A stretch of 64,000 nt of DNA from Candidatus Bathyarchaeia archaeon (lineage in GTDB: Archaea; Thermoproteota; Bathyarchaeia; 40CM-2-53-6), in NCBI GenBank assembly GCA_050013255.1, contig JBEKFP010000002.1, positions 512,001 to 576,000 on the forward strand, written 5' to 3'. How positions within the stretch are numbered: position 1 is the first letter of the stretch; every line of letters starts with the position of its first letter. Positions 19,624-28,230 of this stretch are shown piece after piece. The notes under the pieces were generated by a model. That model did not search any database and had not been told where the DNA came from. It was given only the letters and a program-made list of their open reading frames with translations. A program made the position numbers and the translations under genes.

Positions 19624-20099
19624 GCAGCGTGGCTAGAATTCTTGTCATCGATGATGATCGCGAGATTCTGAAGACATTCTCTGCAGCGCTAAAGGGAACT
19701 GGGTATGTGGTCGAAACTGCGGAGACTGGGAAAGACGCGATTGAGAAAGCTAAGGCAAACTTCTACAACCTGGCTCTCATAGACATTCGCCTCCCAGACA
19801 TGGAAGGCATCGAACTGCTAACGGCCCTAGTAGAGACAACTCCGAAGATGGTCAAGATCATTGTGACCGGATACCCGAGCCTGCAGAATGCAGTTGAAGC
19901 AGTCAACAAGGGTGCCGACGGCTACATAATCAAACCCGCAAATATGGCCGACCTGCTGACGAAAGTGAAACAACACTTAGAGAAACAAGAGAAAGCAAAA
20001 CGATACGACCAAGAAAAGATCAAAGAATTCATCGAGACCCGTATCAAAGAATCAGATACAAGAGAGAACGTTTCGCCGTCGAAGAGAAGCGATGGCTAA
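19620..20099 (+). CDS. Response regulator (REC plus helical tail)
   Basis: ILVIDDD, LIDIRLPDMEG, TG, YIIKP; ATGA overlap with kinase. Confidence 0.92.
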   Translation: MSSVARILVIDDDREILKTFSAALKGTGYVVETAETGKDAIEKAKANFYNLALIDIRLPDMEGIELLTALVETTPKMVKIIVTGYPSLQNAVEAVNKGADGYIIKPANMADLLTKVKQHLEKQEKAKRYDQEKIKEFIETRIKESDTRENVSPSKRSDG

Positions 20100-20207
20100 G
20101 CAGCGTAATTAGCATTCGAATTAAAGTTTAGGAACAATCCGAGTAGAAGACTCTGATTCAAAGCGCTTCCAAAACCAAACATTAAGTGAAGGGGGTCAAA
20201 CCCGTCA

Positions 20208-20540
20208 GTGACTTCTGACAGGAAGCCTTTGAGCTTCAACGAGATTGTTTCCCATTGCGTGAAAGAGGGCTTAACGGAGGCACTTGGCAGTATTATCGTT
20301 GATGCATTGTTCGATCAGATGTACGAGCACTATGACATTACCTTAGAGAATCTGCCCAACCGCCTCGACACATTTTTCTCAGTTTTGGAAGGTGCGTTTG
20401 GCCAGAAGGTCAGCCAAGTCTTGGGCAGAGTTATCGCAAGAAGACTGTATGCTTACCTGTCACTTGAATTCGTTGAAAGCCCTACGAAGGGGCTTCCTGA
20501 ATATGTTGAAGAAATAAGAAAGAAACTTGCCAAGTCATAA
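20208..20540 (+). CDS. NitrOD5/DUF3227-like small helical signalling protein
   Basis: EALGS...F...LEGAFG...LGRVIARRLY..L.LEF pattern; homologous to the N-terminus of the 34914 ORF. Confidence 0.65.
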   Translation: MTSDRKPLSFNEIVSHCVKEGLTEALGSIIVDALFDQMYEHYDITLENLPNRLDTFFSVLEGAFGQKVSQVLGRVIARRLYAYLSLEFVESPTKGLPEYVEEIRKKLAKS

Positions 20541-20732
20541 TCGCATGAAAGGAAGAGAGAGAAGTTTATCGGTTTTCCCAACTTGACAGGAGATTGAAAA
20601 ATGCTATGGGACATTTGCATACCAAAGGAGGAGATGTGAACTGTGGTTTTCGTGTGTGCGCGCACCACTGGGCTCGTCAGTTGCACTCGTTTCGTACGAG
20701 TGTCTTCAACTCGACCCCTCAGCGATGCTTGT

Positions 20733-20946
20733 TCATTGTCCCTCAAAGCCCAATGCTAGGCTGATGTATCCCCAAAGCCAGTGCAACTTGATTGGATAAC
20801 TTGAATAGCACCAACCCCCTAGGGTCCCCAAACTGAAGGAAATATCGGACATTAGCACCAGAAGTTTTCCCAATTGCTCTGCAATCAAGTATACTAGGGC
20901 GACAGCAATTGCGTAGGCTCACTGCACTGATGTATCTTCGTTCCAT
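20733..20946 (-). pseudogene. Internally deleted, frameshifted paralog of the membrane domain of ORF 34914-36023
   Basis: AGGTGA SD + ATG 20946; after a frameshift reads AYAIAVALVYLIAEQLGKLLVLMSDISFSLGTLGGWCYSSYPIKLHWLWGYISLALGFEGQ*, matching MADLAFSFGTLSGWYYSGHPIELLWLWGYIGLTLGFNAQ. Confidence 0.8.
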
Positions 20947-21050
20947 CGGATCACCTACATCACGAAAGATCGGTAAGGAATAGCTGGCCGCTTCCTTTCG
21001 AGCCATGTCTCGACTTTGGACAGAGCTTTCTGATCTTGCTCCTTCGCCTT

Positions 21051-21455
21051 CTACTTGCTTTGATCCTGTTCTTGCAGCTCGGCCTTCTTTCTGTTTAGCC
21101 AGCTGAGGAATTGGAATAAAGCTTCGTTGTCCTTCTCCATCGAAACGTCTAGAATCTGAGAACCAAGACGAGCAAAGACGTGAATTACGAGAGCGTAATG
21201 CACCACGACATCTTCGACTTCCTTCAAGTACTTGGAATATTTCTCGGCCACACCTAACACTGTGAGTGGACCTAACGTAATGAACTCTTCATCAACCTCA
21301 GTTGGCGTATGCGACCTAACATTAGGGCGCATCTGGTTCAGTACTACCTCTCCACCCGCCGTTGTCAATCCCACCCAACGTATCTTGTTGCTTACGGCGA
21401 AGACTTCTTCTAAACGTAAAACAGGGCGCACAAATGTCACTCCTTTGACTTCCAC
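21051..21455 (-). CDS. Roadblock/profilin-like protein (DUF6659-like)
   Basis: KIRWVGLTTAGGEVV..MRP and VVVHY...ILDVSMEK pattern of TACK roadblock-like proteins. Confidence 0.6.
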   Translation of the reverse strand: MEVKGVTFVRPVLRLEEVFAVSNKIRWVGLTTAGGEVVLNQMRPNVRSHTPTEVDEEFITLGPLTVLGVAEKYSKYLKEVEDVVVHYALVIHVFARLGSQILDVSMEKDNEALFQFLSWLNRKKAELQEQDQSK

Positions 21456-21928
21456 ATTAGACTGGCTTTCAGTTGATTCCTCTCCTGATCATAAGTCAAA
21501 CTCGCTACCTCCAGGTCCCGACCGAGCAACGCACCTAACGCTCCACGCCACCAAGAGACAAGGAACGCTCTATGGGCTCCGATATTTCCTTTCACGCTGG
21601 GATTCGATATCTCCAGCAAGATTGGGTCGAGAGCGGATGGAGTTGGAGGGATCGTTACCTGAGTGATACCTGCCCCTGACATGGATTCCGACACAGCGAG
21701 GAAATCGATGATTTCGTTAACAGAGGCTCCCGGTCTCTCCTTCCGGATGTTTTCCGCATCAAGTTTTCCGAGGCGGGATTCCAAATTATTCATTATGACT
21801 TCTGCTACTTGTTGACCCACCAGGGAGTTAAGATGGTCACAAAGGGCTTGTGCATCAATTGCCGTATGACGCTTCCCGTTGATGATGAGCTCCCCTTTCT
21901 CCTTGTCCCACCACGTTTCCTCACTCAT
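21437..21928 (-). CDS. V4R/XylR_N-like ligand-binding protein
   Basis: WDKEKGELIINGKR...L...VG..VA..IM..LG and WWRGALGALLG; start at MSEET. Confidence 0.65.
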   Translation of the reverse strand: MSEETWWDKEKGELIINGKRHTAIDAQALCDHLNSLVGQQVAEVIMNNLESRLGKLDAENIRKERPGASVNEIIDFLAVSESMSGAGITQVTIPPTPSALDPILLEISNPSVKGNIGAHRAFLVSWWRGALGALLGRDLEVASLTYDQERNQLKASLMWKSKE

Positions 21929-22187
21929 TAAGACGCCATGCTCCTTACGTTTCTTACTCCAGTTCATGGGTGTCTTAGCTGCAGATCGATGAAAGCGGGT
22001 AGTTGAACCGCGCCCCGCATGACTTCTCATAGTCCAATATCGCCTTATGGTTGGCGTATTGCGTTAGCATTACCTTCAGGTATGCGCCAAAGACCCCAGC
22101 CCGATCTTGCGGGTTCTCATACAGGAAGACGGCGTGGTCTCTAAGCGATAACCCACGCACGTATTCCTCGACCGCTGTGATGACCAA
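21929..22187 (-). pseudogene. Degenerate MEDS domain
   Basis: DHAVFLYEN..R...F..YLK start, LDYE and ICS*D (normally ICxYD) end; central part missing, in-frame stops. Confidence 0.7.
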
Positions 22188-22851
22188 TGCCTACAACAGT
22201 CCGCGTAATACGTATGACAGTTCGTGTAATATGCATGCTGTCACCCGGCACCATCGTTCGTCGACTAGGCGTTTTCGAAATAGTCTTCGCCTAGGTTCTA
22301 ACAGCACTTGGAAAGGCCCGACCTAGAGCCAACACATGGTCCTACTGCTTGCCCCGCTCTTGCTACAATGAGAGAATTATCGTTTGGAGAGATTAGTCAA
22401 CGCCCAGCCTCAACCAACAAAACTAATTGGTACAGACAAGAATTTGTACTTCTGGATTCGGAATGAAACCGCTCCAATAGCGGAAAGGGGCTGATTGGAC
22501 GTGGGAATCGTGTGTAGATTAATGATGAATTCTTTAACTTCAGAGCGATCACAGATTCTCATCTAGTTTGTATCGTTGGAAGGAGACTCGGGCGTCGCCC
22601 GGGACGAGACACTTGTTATGTTCTTGTCCTGAACAAATTTAGCGTTCTGCAACATAGAAAGAAAAGGCACCCATGAAAGAGAACATGAGACTCTCAACAC
22701 ACTCCCCCACTCGTTTCCATTGTAATTCATAGGAGCTCTGCAGAAAAACAAAGCAGCAAAACCCAAATGCCAAGGCACAAGGCACTCCCGAAGGTTTAAT
22801 GGATGGAGATCTTCAAGCGGTTTGGAAGTGGACTGCGTACGCGAAAATGAT

Positions 22852-22930
22852 GTGTCCATTAAGTGCAGAGCGCCCTCAGCCGGCGCTGTGATGTTTCGAC
22901 GGGCAGACTGATTCATTATCTCCCGTCGAC
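22852..22930 (+). repeat. Copy 1 of duplicated TATA-like + double-hairpin element
   Basis: AGCGCC-CTCAGCC-GGCGCT and TCGACGGG...CCCGTCGA stems; similar to 23010-23092. Confidence 0.85.
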
Positions 22931-23009
22931 TACCCCCTCGGAGATTCTCAGCCAATTTAACAGGAAAATTGCGTCCCTTAAGTGGGGAAAAGTGGTCATG
23001 GAAGATAAC

Positions 23010-23092
23010 GCGTCCTTTAAGTTCAGAGCGCTCTCAGCCGGCGCAGTGATGGCATTCGACGGGCAGACTGAATCCCATTCTCTCCCGTCGAA
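23010..23092 (+). repeat. Copy 2 of duplicated TATA-like + double-hairpin element
   Basis: GCGCT-CTCAGCC-GGCGC and TTCGACGGG...CCCGTCGAA stems. Confidence 0.85.
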
Positions 23093-23189
23093 CCCGTATA
23101 CCGAAGGGTCCCGGTCACATGAACTACCCCTGCCGTGAATTGTGTCAAAGCTTAAATTTGCATCTCGAGCCTCGTCATGGGGAAACTGT

Positions 23190-24446
23190 GTGACGTGCAC
23201 TGTAGTCGTCGGAGCGCAGTTCGGCGACGAGGGAAAAGGGCGAATTATAGATTACCTCGCTGCCCAAGCCGATTTTGTTGTTAGGTTTCAGGGGGGCAAT
23301 AATGCGGGGCATACGGTGGTGAATGATTTTGGCACATTCAGGCTTCACCTGGTTCCGTCCGGAATCTTCTATCCTCGGGTTGTTTGCATAGACGGGGCAG
23401 GAACGGTAATTGACCCGTCCTCCCTGATAGAGGAAATTGAGACGTTAGAGAAAGCCGGAGTTAAGACCAACAACCTCTGGATTGACAGAAGGGCACATAT
23501 CGTCTGGCCTTACCACCGACTCCTTGACGGGGCAGGCGAGCAGAAGGGCGGCCTTGGGACAACTCGCCGCGGCATCGGGCCCGTATACGGCGACAAGGCG
23601 GCTTACCGAGGCATTCGAGTGGGGGACCTTTTACATCTCGACTTCCTGCAAACAAGATTGAAGGCGGTTCTTCCCCTCAAGAACCACGAATTGGCGTACT
23701 ATGGCCTGAAGCCGCTTCAACTTGAGGACCTCATACAGCAAGCCAAGGAGTGGAGCGATAAACTGGGAGCGAGGATCGTTGATTCGCTTCCGATCTTGCA
23801 CGAAGCACTCTCAAAGGGGCGGAAAGTCCTGCTCGAAGGACAATTGGGTGCAATGCGAGACCTTGACTGGGGAATTTACCCTTACAGCACCGCTTCATCG
23901 CCTACCGCTGGCGGTGCCTGTGCCGGCGCCGGCGTATCGCCCCGTTCAATTGAGAGAATTGTTGGTGTTGTGAAAGCGTACACAACGGCAGTTGGGGGCG
24001 GTCCATTTCCCACAGAACTCTTTGACAAAGACGGAGACCGTCTCCGCGAAATCGGCGACGAATACGGGGCAACCACTCAGCGGCCTCGACGGTGCGGCTG
24101 GTTAGATGCGGTTATCCTCCGCCATGCCGTATCACTAAATGATATCACAAGTCTTGCAGTCACGAAACTTGACGTTCTAGACTCATTGGAGAAGGTGAAG
24201 GTTTGCACTGCTTATCGTCTTGATGGAAAGGAAATAACGGAAATGCCGGACACAGTGAACCTTGGAAGAGTGCAACCTATCTACGAAGAATGGGCAGGCT
24301 GGAAAAAGCCAACAACGAGCGTCAGAAAGTGGGATGACCTTCCAAAGGCAGCGCAAGATTACCTGAAGCGTATCGAAGAACTGACTAAGGTGCAAATTCA
24401 GTATGTGTCCGTTGGCCCTGAACGAGAAAACATCGTAATACTCTAA
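23190..24446 (+). CDS. purA: Adenylosuccinate synthetase (long form)
   Basis: GAQFGDEGKG, GGNNAGHT, EYGATTQRPRRCGWLD, TKLDVL; start GTG 23190 with CTTAAA box at 23151. Confidence 0.96.
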   Translation: MTCTVVVGAQFGDEGKGRIIDYLAAQADFVVRFQGGNNAGHTVVNDFGTFRLHLVPSGIFYPRVVCIDGAGTVIDPSSLIEEIETLEKAGVKTNNLWIDRRAHIVWPYHRLLDGAGEQKGGLGTTRRGIGPVYGDKAAYRGIRVGDLLHLDFLQTRLKAVLPLKNHELAYYGLKPLQLEDLIQQAKEWSDKLGARIVDSLPILHEALSKGRKVLLEGQLGAMRDLDWGIYPYSTASSPTAGGACAGAGVSPRSIERIVGVVKAYTTAVGGGPFPTELFDKDGDRLREIGDEYGATTQRPRRCGWLDAVILRHAVSLNDITSLAVTKLDVLDSLEKVKVCTAYRLDGKEITEMPDTVNLGRVQPIYEEWAGWKKPTTSVRKWDDLPKAAQDYLKRIEELTKVQIQYVSVGPERENIVIL

Positions 24447-24488
24447 GCTGGACTAAAGGGGGATCTAGAAGGTAGTTCTAGGTAGTGA

Positions 24489-25184
24489 TTAGCGCATGTT
24501 TCGAGCTAACCAGGCCTCGAAGGAAGTGATGTGCTTAAACGAACTCGCGATAGGCGAAGCGATCAGCCCTGCTGGTATGGCTGCCACGAGAAGGTTCACA
24601 ATATTATACAGGGCCGTGAAGAGCAGCGTGTAACCCAAAACCATACCCTCGCTACCGAACTGCCACCCTGTCGACTTCTCCAAAGTTGCCTTTGCGAAGC
24701 CCAAGTAATCTACGCCAAAGAAAATTGGTCCAATGTATAGGAGGACCACATAGTTAACAACGGTCATCGCAGCTACACGCCATACAATACCACTTCCAAA
24801 CATCATAGAGATCGCGAGAGATGGATGAGCCATCTTTCCCTTTATTCGCCCGTAGATCGCACTGCCCAGCCACAAACCTCCGAGAGTTGACACGACGGCG
24901 ACGAACTTTATCGCAGGGCCTAGTGGCGCATCGCTACCGGTCACGTTTAGGAATATCCATTGAACAACCGAGGTGATCAGGGCCGCCAAGGGGCCGAATA
25001 GAAAGAAGGCAATATAGATTGGAATTTCGGAGAAGTCTATTTGGAGGTACGGGATTAACGGGAATGGTACCGAAGCCTTCGCGAGAGCCAAGATCGCTGC
25101 GAGTGCTGCGAAGACTGCTGCCCCTGCGAGAGTAACGGTTACTTTCTGTGCTGCCGTGCGCTCTGCCAAAGTTGTTCGGGCCAC
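24489..25184 (-). CDS. ECF transporter S component (RibU-like)
   Basis: FPLIPYLQIDFSEIP signature, multiple TM helices. Confidence 0.8.
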   Translation of the reverse strand: MARTTLAERTAAQKVTVTLAGAAVFAALAAILALAKASVPFPLIPYLQIDFSEIPIYIAFFLFGPLAALITSVVQWIFLNVTGSDAPLGPAIKFVAVVSTLGGLWLGSAIYGRIKGKMAHPSLAISMMFGSGIVWRVAAMTVVNYVVLLYIGPIFFGVDYLGFAKATLEKSTGWQFGSEGMVLGYTLLFTALYNIVNLLVAAIPAGLIASPIASSFKHITSFEAWLARNMR

Positions 25185-25260
25185 ACTCCGAACCTACTTA
25201 TAATAGAGTTTCTACCAGTTTACGAGTAGGCAAAACTCAAAGGAATTGTGCTTCGCGGAC

Positions 25261-27084
25261 TTAGTGCACGGTAACTGATTTTGCCAAGTTTCTAGGAAAG
25301 TCTGGGTCGTAGCCTTTCCGAACAGACATGTAATACGCGAACAGTTGGAGTGGTATGATGTATACGATTGGTGTGAGAAGTGAAGGGATGCCCGGCGGAA
25401 GAATGATCTTCTCATCAGAGAGGCTTGTTATTTCCCCGTCCTGTTCGTCGACTACGCTGATAATATGCGCGCCTCGCGCTTTCATTTCCATAACGTTGCC
25501 GATAACCTTCGAATAGACTTCATCCTTCGGGGCAACGAAGATGACTGGGTAGCCTTCCTCGACGACTGAGATGAAACCGTGTTTCGATTCTCCTGCAGGA
25601 TAGGCGATCGCCGGAAGATAGGACAATTCAAGTAGTTTCAACCGTCCCTCGAGGGCGGTTGCGACGCTCATCCCCCTGCCGAGAAAACAGAAACTCCTTC
25701 TGTCTGAATACTTCTCTACGATGGACTTGACATGTTCCTGCTGAGTGGATAGGAAAGTGGAGATCCACTCGGGCAACTGGTCAAAACCACTCTCCAAGGA
25801 CTCTAGCTCGCTCTTGCGAATCACTTCGCGTTTCTTGGCCAAGGCCACGGCCAGTTTTAGAAGGAGCGAAACCTGAGCTGTGAAGGTCTTTGTCGCTGCC
25901 ACGCCCATTTCGGGTCCTGAATTCTGACCTATGTAAACATCTGATAGCCTAGTGAGCGTGGAATCCATTACGTTGCTAATTCCTAGGATTGTTGCGCCTC
26001 TATCCTTTGCGCCCCTCACAGCACTAAGCGTGTCCGCAGTCTCACCAGACTGGCTAACCGCAACAACAACCGTCTCCGCGTCAATCAACGCGCCGTACCC
26101 GTCTATGAATTCAGAAGCAATTACCGGCGTTACAGCAACCTTAGCCAGATTCGAAAAAGCGTATGCCGCGGCTAGGCACGCATGGTGTGAGGTCCCACAT
26201 GCTAGCAGGAAAACTCTTTTCGCATGATTGATTGCCGAAGCCATCAATTCAAGGTAGATTGGATGTGTTCTGAGAGCGTTGCGGACGCTGAGCGGCTGTT
26301 CATGAATTTCCTTGAGCATAAAATGTGGGTAGCCAGTCTTGATGGCTGTTTCCACACTCCAATCGACCTTGAAAGATTCTCTGATTACTTCCTCGCCTGA
26401 GTCTACCATGTACAACCTCACTCGATCGGCCGTTAACACAGCCATCTCGTTGTCCTCAAGAAGGACAGCCTGCTTAGTTCTTGAGAGAAATGCAGGGATA
26501 TCCGAAGCACAGTAGTTTCCGTCTGTTCCGGCACCAACGACCAGCGGGCTTTCCCTTCTTACTCCGATTACTTTGTCAGGTTCGAGGGAGCAAATGAATG
26601 CGAGAGCGTACGCGCCTGTCAGCCTGTTGGCAGCCAGACGAACGGCTTCGACAAAACCAACTCCCGATTTCAGAATATCTTCGACGAGGTGAGCAACAAC
26701 TTCTGTATCGGTTCTAGATTTGAATTGGTGGCCGGCTGCCTCCAGCTCTTGCCTCAGGGGCATGTAGTTCTCGATTATTCCATTGTGTACAACTGCCACC
26801 TGATTCTTGCAGTCAGTGTGGGGGTGGGCATTTTCCTGGGCCGGCCTTCCGTGTGTTGCCCAACGTGTGTGTCCAATCCCGATGACTCCGGTTAGATCAC
26901 TAATGTGGAGTTTGCTCTCAACCTCGTCAATCTTTCCTTTGTCTTTCTTAACAACGATTTTGCCGTCGTTAATTACGGCCTCACCGACAGAATCATAGCC
27001 CCGGTACTCCAATCGCTTCAGAGAATCATATAGAACTGCCCCAACCTTGCCGTTTTTCAAAACACACGCTGCTATTCCACACAT
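25261..27084 (-). CDS. glmS: Glutamine--fructose-6-phosphate aminotransferase
   Basis: MCGI start, EYRGYDS, GHTRWATHG, SQSGETADT, PRNLAKSVTV. Confidence 0.97.
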   Translation of the reverse strand: MCGIAACVLKNGKVGAVLYDSLKRLEYRGYDSVGEAVINDGKIVVKKDKGKIDEVESKLHISDLTGVIGIGHTRWATHGRPAQENAHPHTDCKNQVAVVHNGIIENYMPLRQELEAAGHQFKSRTDTEVVAHLVEDILKSGVGFVEAVRLAANRLTGAYALAFICSLEPDKVIGVRRESPLVVGAGTDGNYCASDIPAFLSRTKQAVLLEDNEMAVLTADRVRLYMVDSGEEVIRESFKVDWSVETAIKTGYPHFMLKEIHEQPLSVRNALRTHPIYLELMASAINHAKRVFLLACGTSHHACLAAAYAFSNLAKVAVTPVIASEFIDGYGALIDAETVVVAVSQSGETADTLSAVRGAKDRGATILGISNVMDSTLTRLSDVYIGQNSGPEMGVAATKTFTAQVSLLLKLAVALAKKREVIRKSELESLESGFDQLPEWISTFLSTQQEHVKSIVEKYSDRRSFCFLGRGMSVATALEGRLKLLELSYLPAIAYPAGESKHGFISVVEEGYPVIFVAPKDEVYSKVIGNVMEMKARGAHIISVVDEQDGEITSLSDEKIILPPGIPSLLTPIVYIIPLQLFAYYMSVRKGYDPDFPRNLAKSVTVH

Positions 27085-27277
27085 GCACGCCACCTTTTGC
27101 GAGAGAATTCGGCGAGCTGTCCAGATTTGCGTGATAAGCATTCCTGTGGCTTGGATTTGATGAATTGAGGACGTTGAACTCATCCCACGCTAAGAATGCA
27201 CCCTGATTGGGCAAATATTGCTTTAATAGTCAAAACGCGCCTTTATTAATCGTGCAACAAAACGGAGCTTCACAGCC

Positions 27278-28222
27278 ATGTCATACCTGATCCTGAAAGA
27301 ACGACGTTCAGATCAACTCGTACCCACACGTGTCTTCTCAGACCCGAAGTTAGCACAGTCAGTCCTCCAGCCCACACGCTGGAGAATTCTAACCGAGCTT
27401 GCAGGAAAAGAGAAATGTGCGAAAGACCTCGCACAGGAATTCAACACAAGCGAGCAAGTAATCTGCTACCACCTAAGAGAGCTTGAGCGAACCGGATTCA
27501 TTCGCTTAGAGAGAACGATGAAGAAAAGAGGCGCAATGGCGAAGTACTACAAAGCCGAGCAAAAGGCAATCACTATCATTCCCAAACTAGTCGCCACCGC
27601 GAATGGCAATCAGGGCCTGCCTGAACAAACCCTCACAGAAGCATCCTCCAAACTTCTTGACCCCTTCATATCCTCAGGCCACTTGAATGGGCACATTGTC
27701 CTTGGCAGCCCAGATACACATGGAGTTTTCCGAGGCCGCGCAAGGTGTGGTGACAGAGCCACAGACCTCGCCTTATTTCTAGGGTCATTGCTGCCGCTTA
27801 CTAGGGAGAACATAGTACGTTTGGATACTGAGATTTCACAGGAGGAAATGCTCCGGAACCTCATCACAGTCGGTGGCCCAAAGGTGAACACGGTCACAAT
27901 GGCCGTGAATGAATTCCTTCCAATAACGTACGAGCTCACTGGCCATAACATTATGATTTCGCGAATCTCCGGCAGAAGTTACGCAGGAGAAGATGAAGGC
28001 GCAGTTCAATCAATCGTAAATCCCATGAATCGGGAAAAGCGCGTCATAGTTGTTGCTGGGAACACATATCAGGGCACGAGAGCGGCAGTACTCGCGTTCA
28101 TCAAGTACACAGATGAAATCGCTAAGGGCAACTCAATGAACCAGAACGTTGTCGCTCGGGTTGTCAGCGGATTGGATGTTAACAGTGATGGGCTGATTGA
28201 CGATGTGGAATTCCTAGAATGA
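27278..28222 (+). CDS. ArsR-type wHTH regulator fused to an S-layer-C-terminal-like domain
   Basis: RWRILTEL...CYHLRELERTGFI HTH; NLITVGGPKVN, IVVAGN...GTRAAV. Confidence 0.75.
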   Translation: MSYLILKERRSDQLVPTRVFSDPKLAQSVLQPTRWRILTELAGKEKCAKDLAQEFNTSEQVICYHLRELERTGFIRLERTMKKRGAMAKYYKAEQKAITIIPKLVATANGNQGLPEQTLTEASSKLLDPFISSGHLNGHIVLGSPDTHGVFRGRARCGDRATDLALFLGSLLPLTRENIVRLDTEISQEEMLRNLITVGGPKVNTVTMAVNEFLPITYELTGHNIMISRISGRSYAGEDEGAVQSIVNPMNREKRVIVVAGNTYQGTRAAVLAFIKYTDEIAKGNSMNQNVVARVVSGLDVNSDGLIDDVEFLE

Positions 28223-28230
28223 TTAACGAC

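Noticed and set aside
20743-21006. 87-aa ORF
   Set aside because: Shadow frame of the membrane-domain pseudogene
22852-23137. Fluoride or purine riboswitch, hammerhead/HDV ribozyme, tmRNA or C/D guide identity for the tandem element
   Set aside because: Only fragmentary resemblance; required pairings and cores are absent and the putative guide pairs intramolecularly
22563-23200. ORFs of 91-130 aa across the repeats
   Set aside because: No motifs, mutually overlapping, frame not conserved between repeat copies
27085-27200. glmS ribozyme, or a 33-aa GlmS N-extension
   Set aside because: Ribozyme core not seen; the enzyme needs Cys2, so the start is 27084
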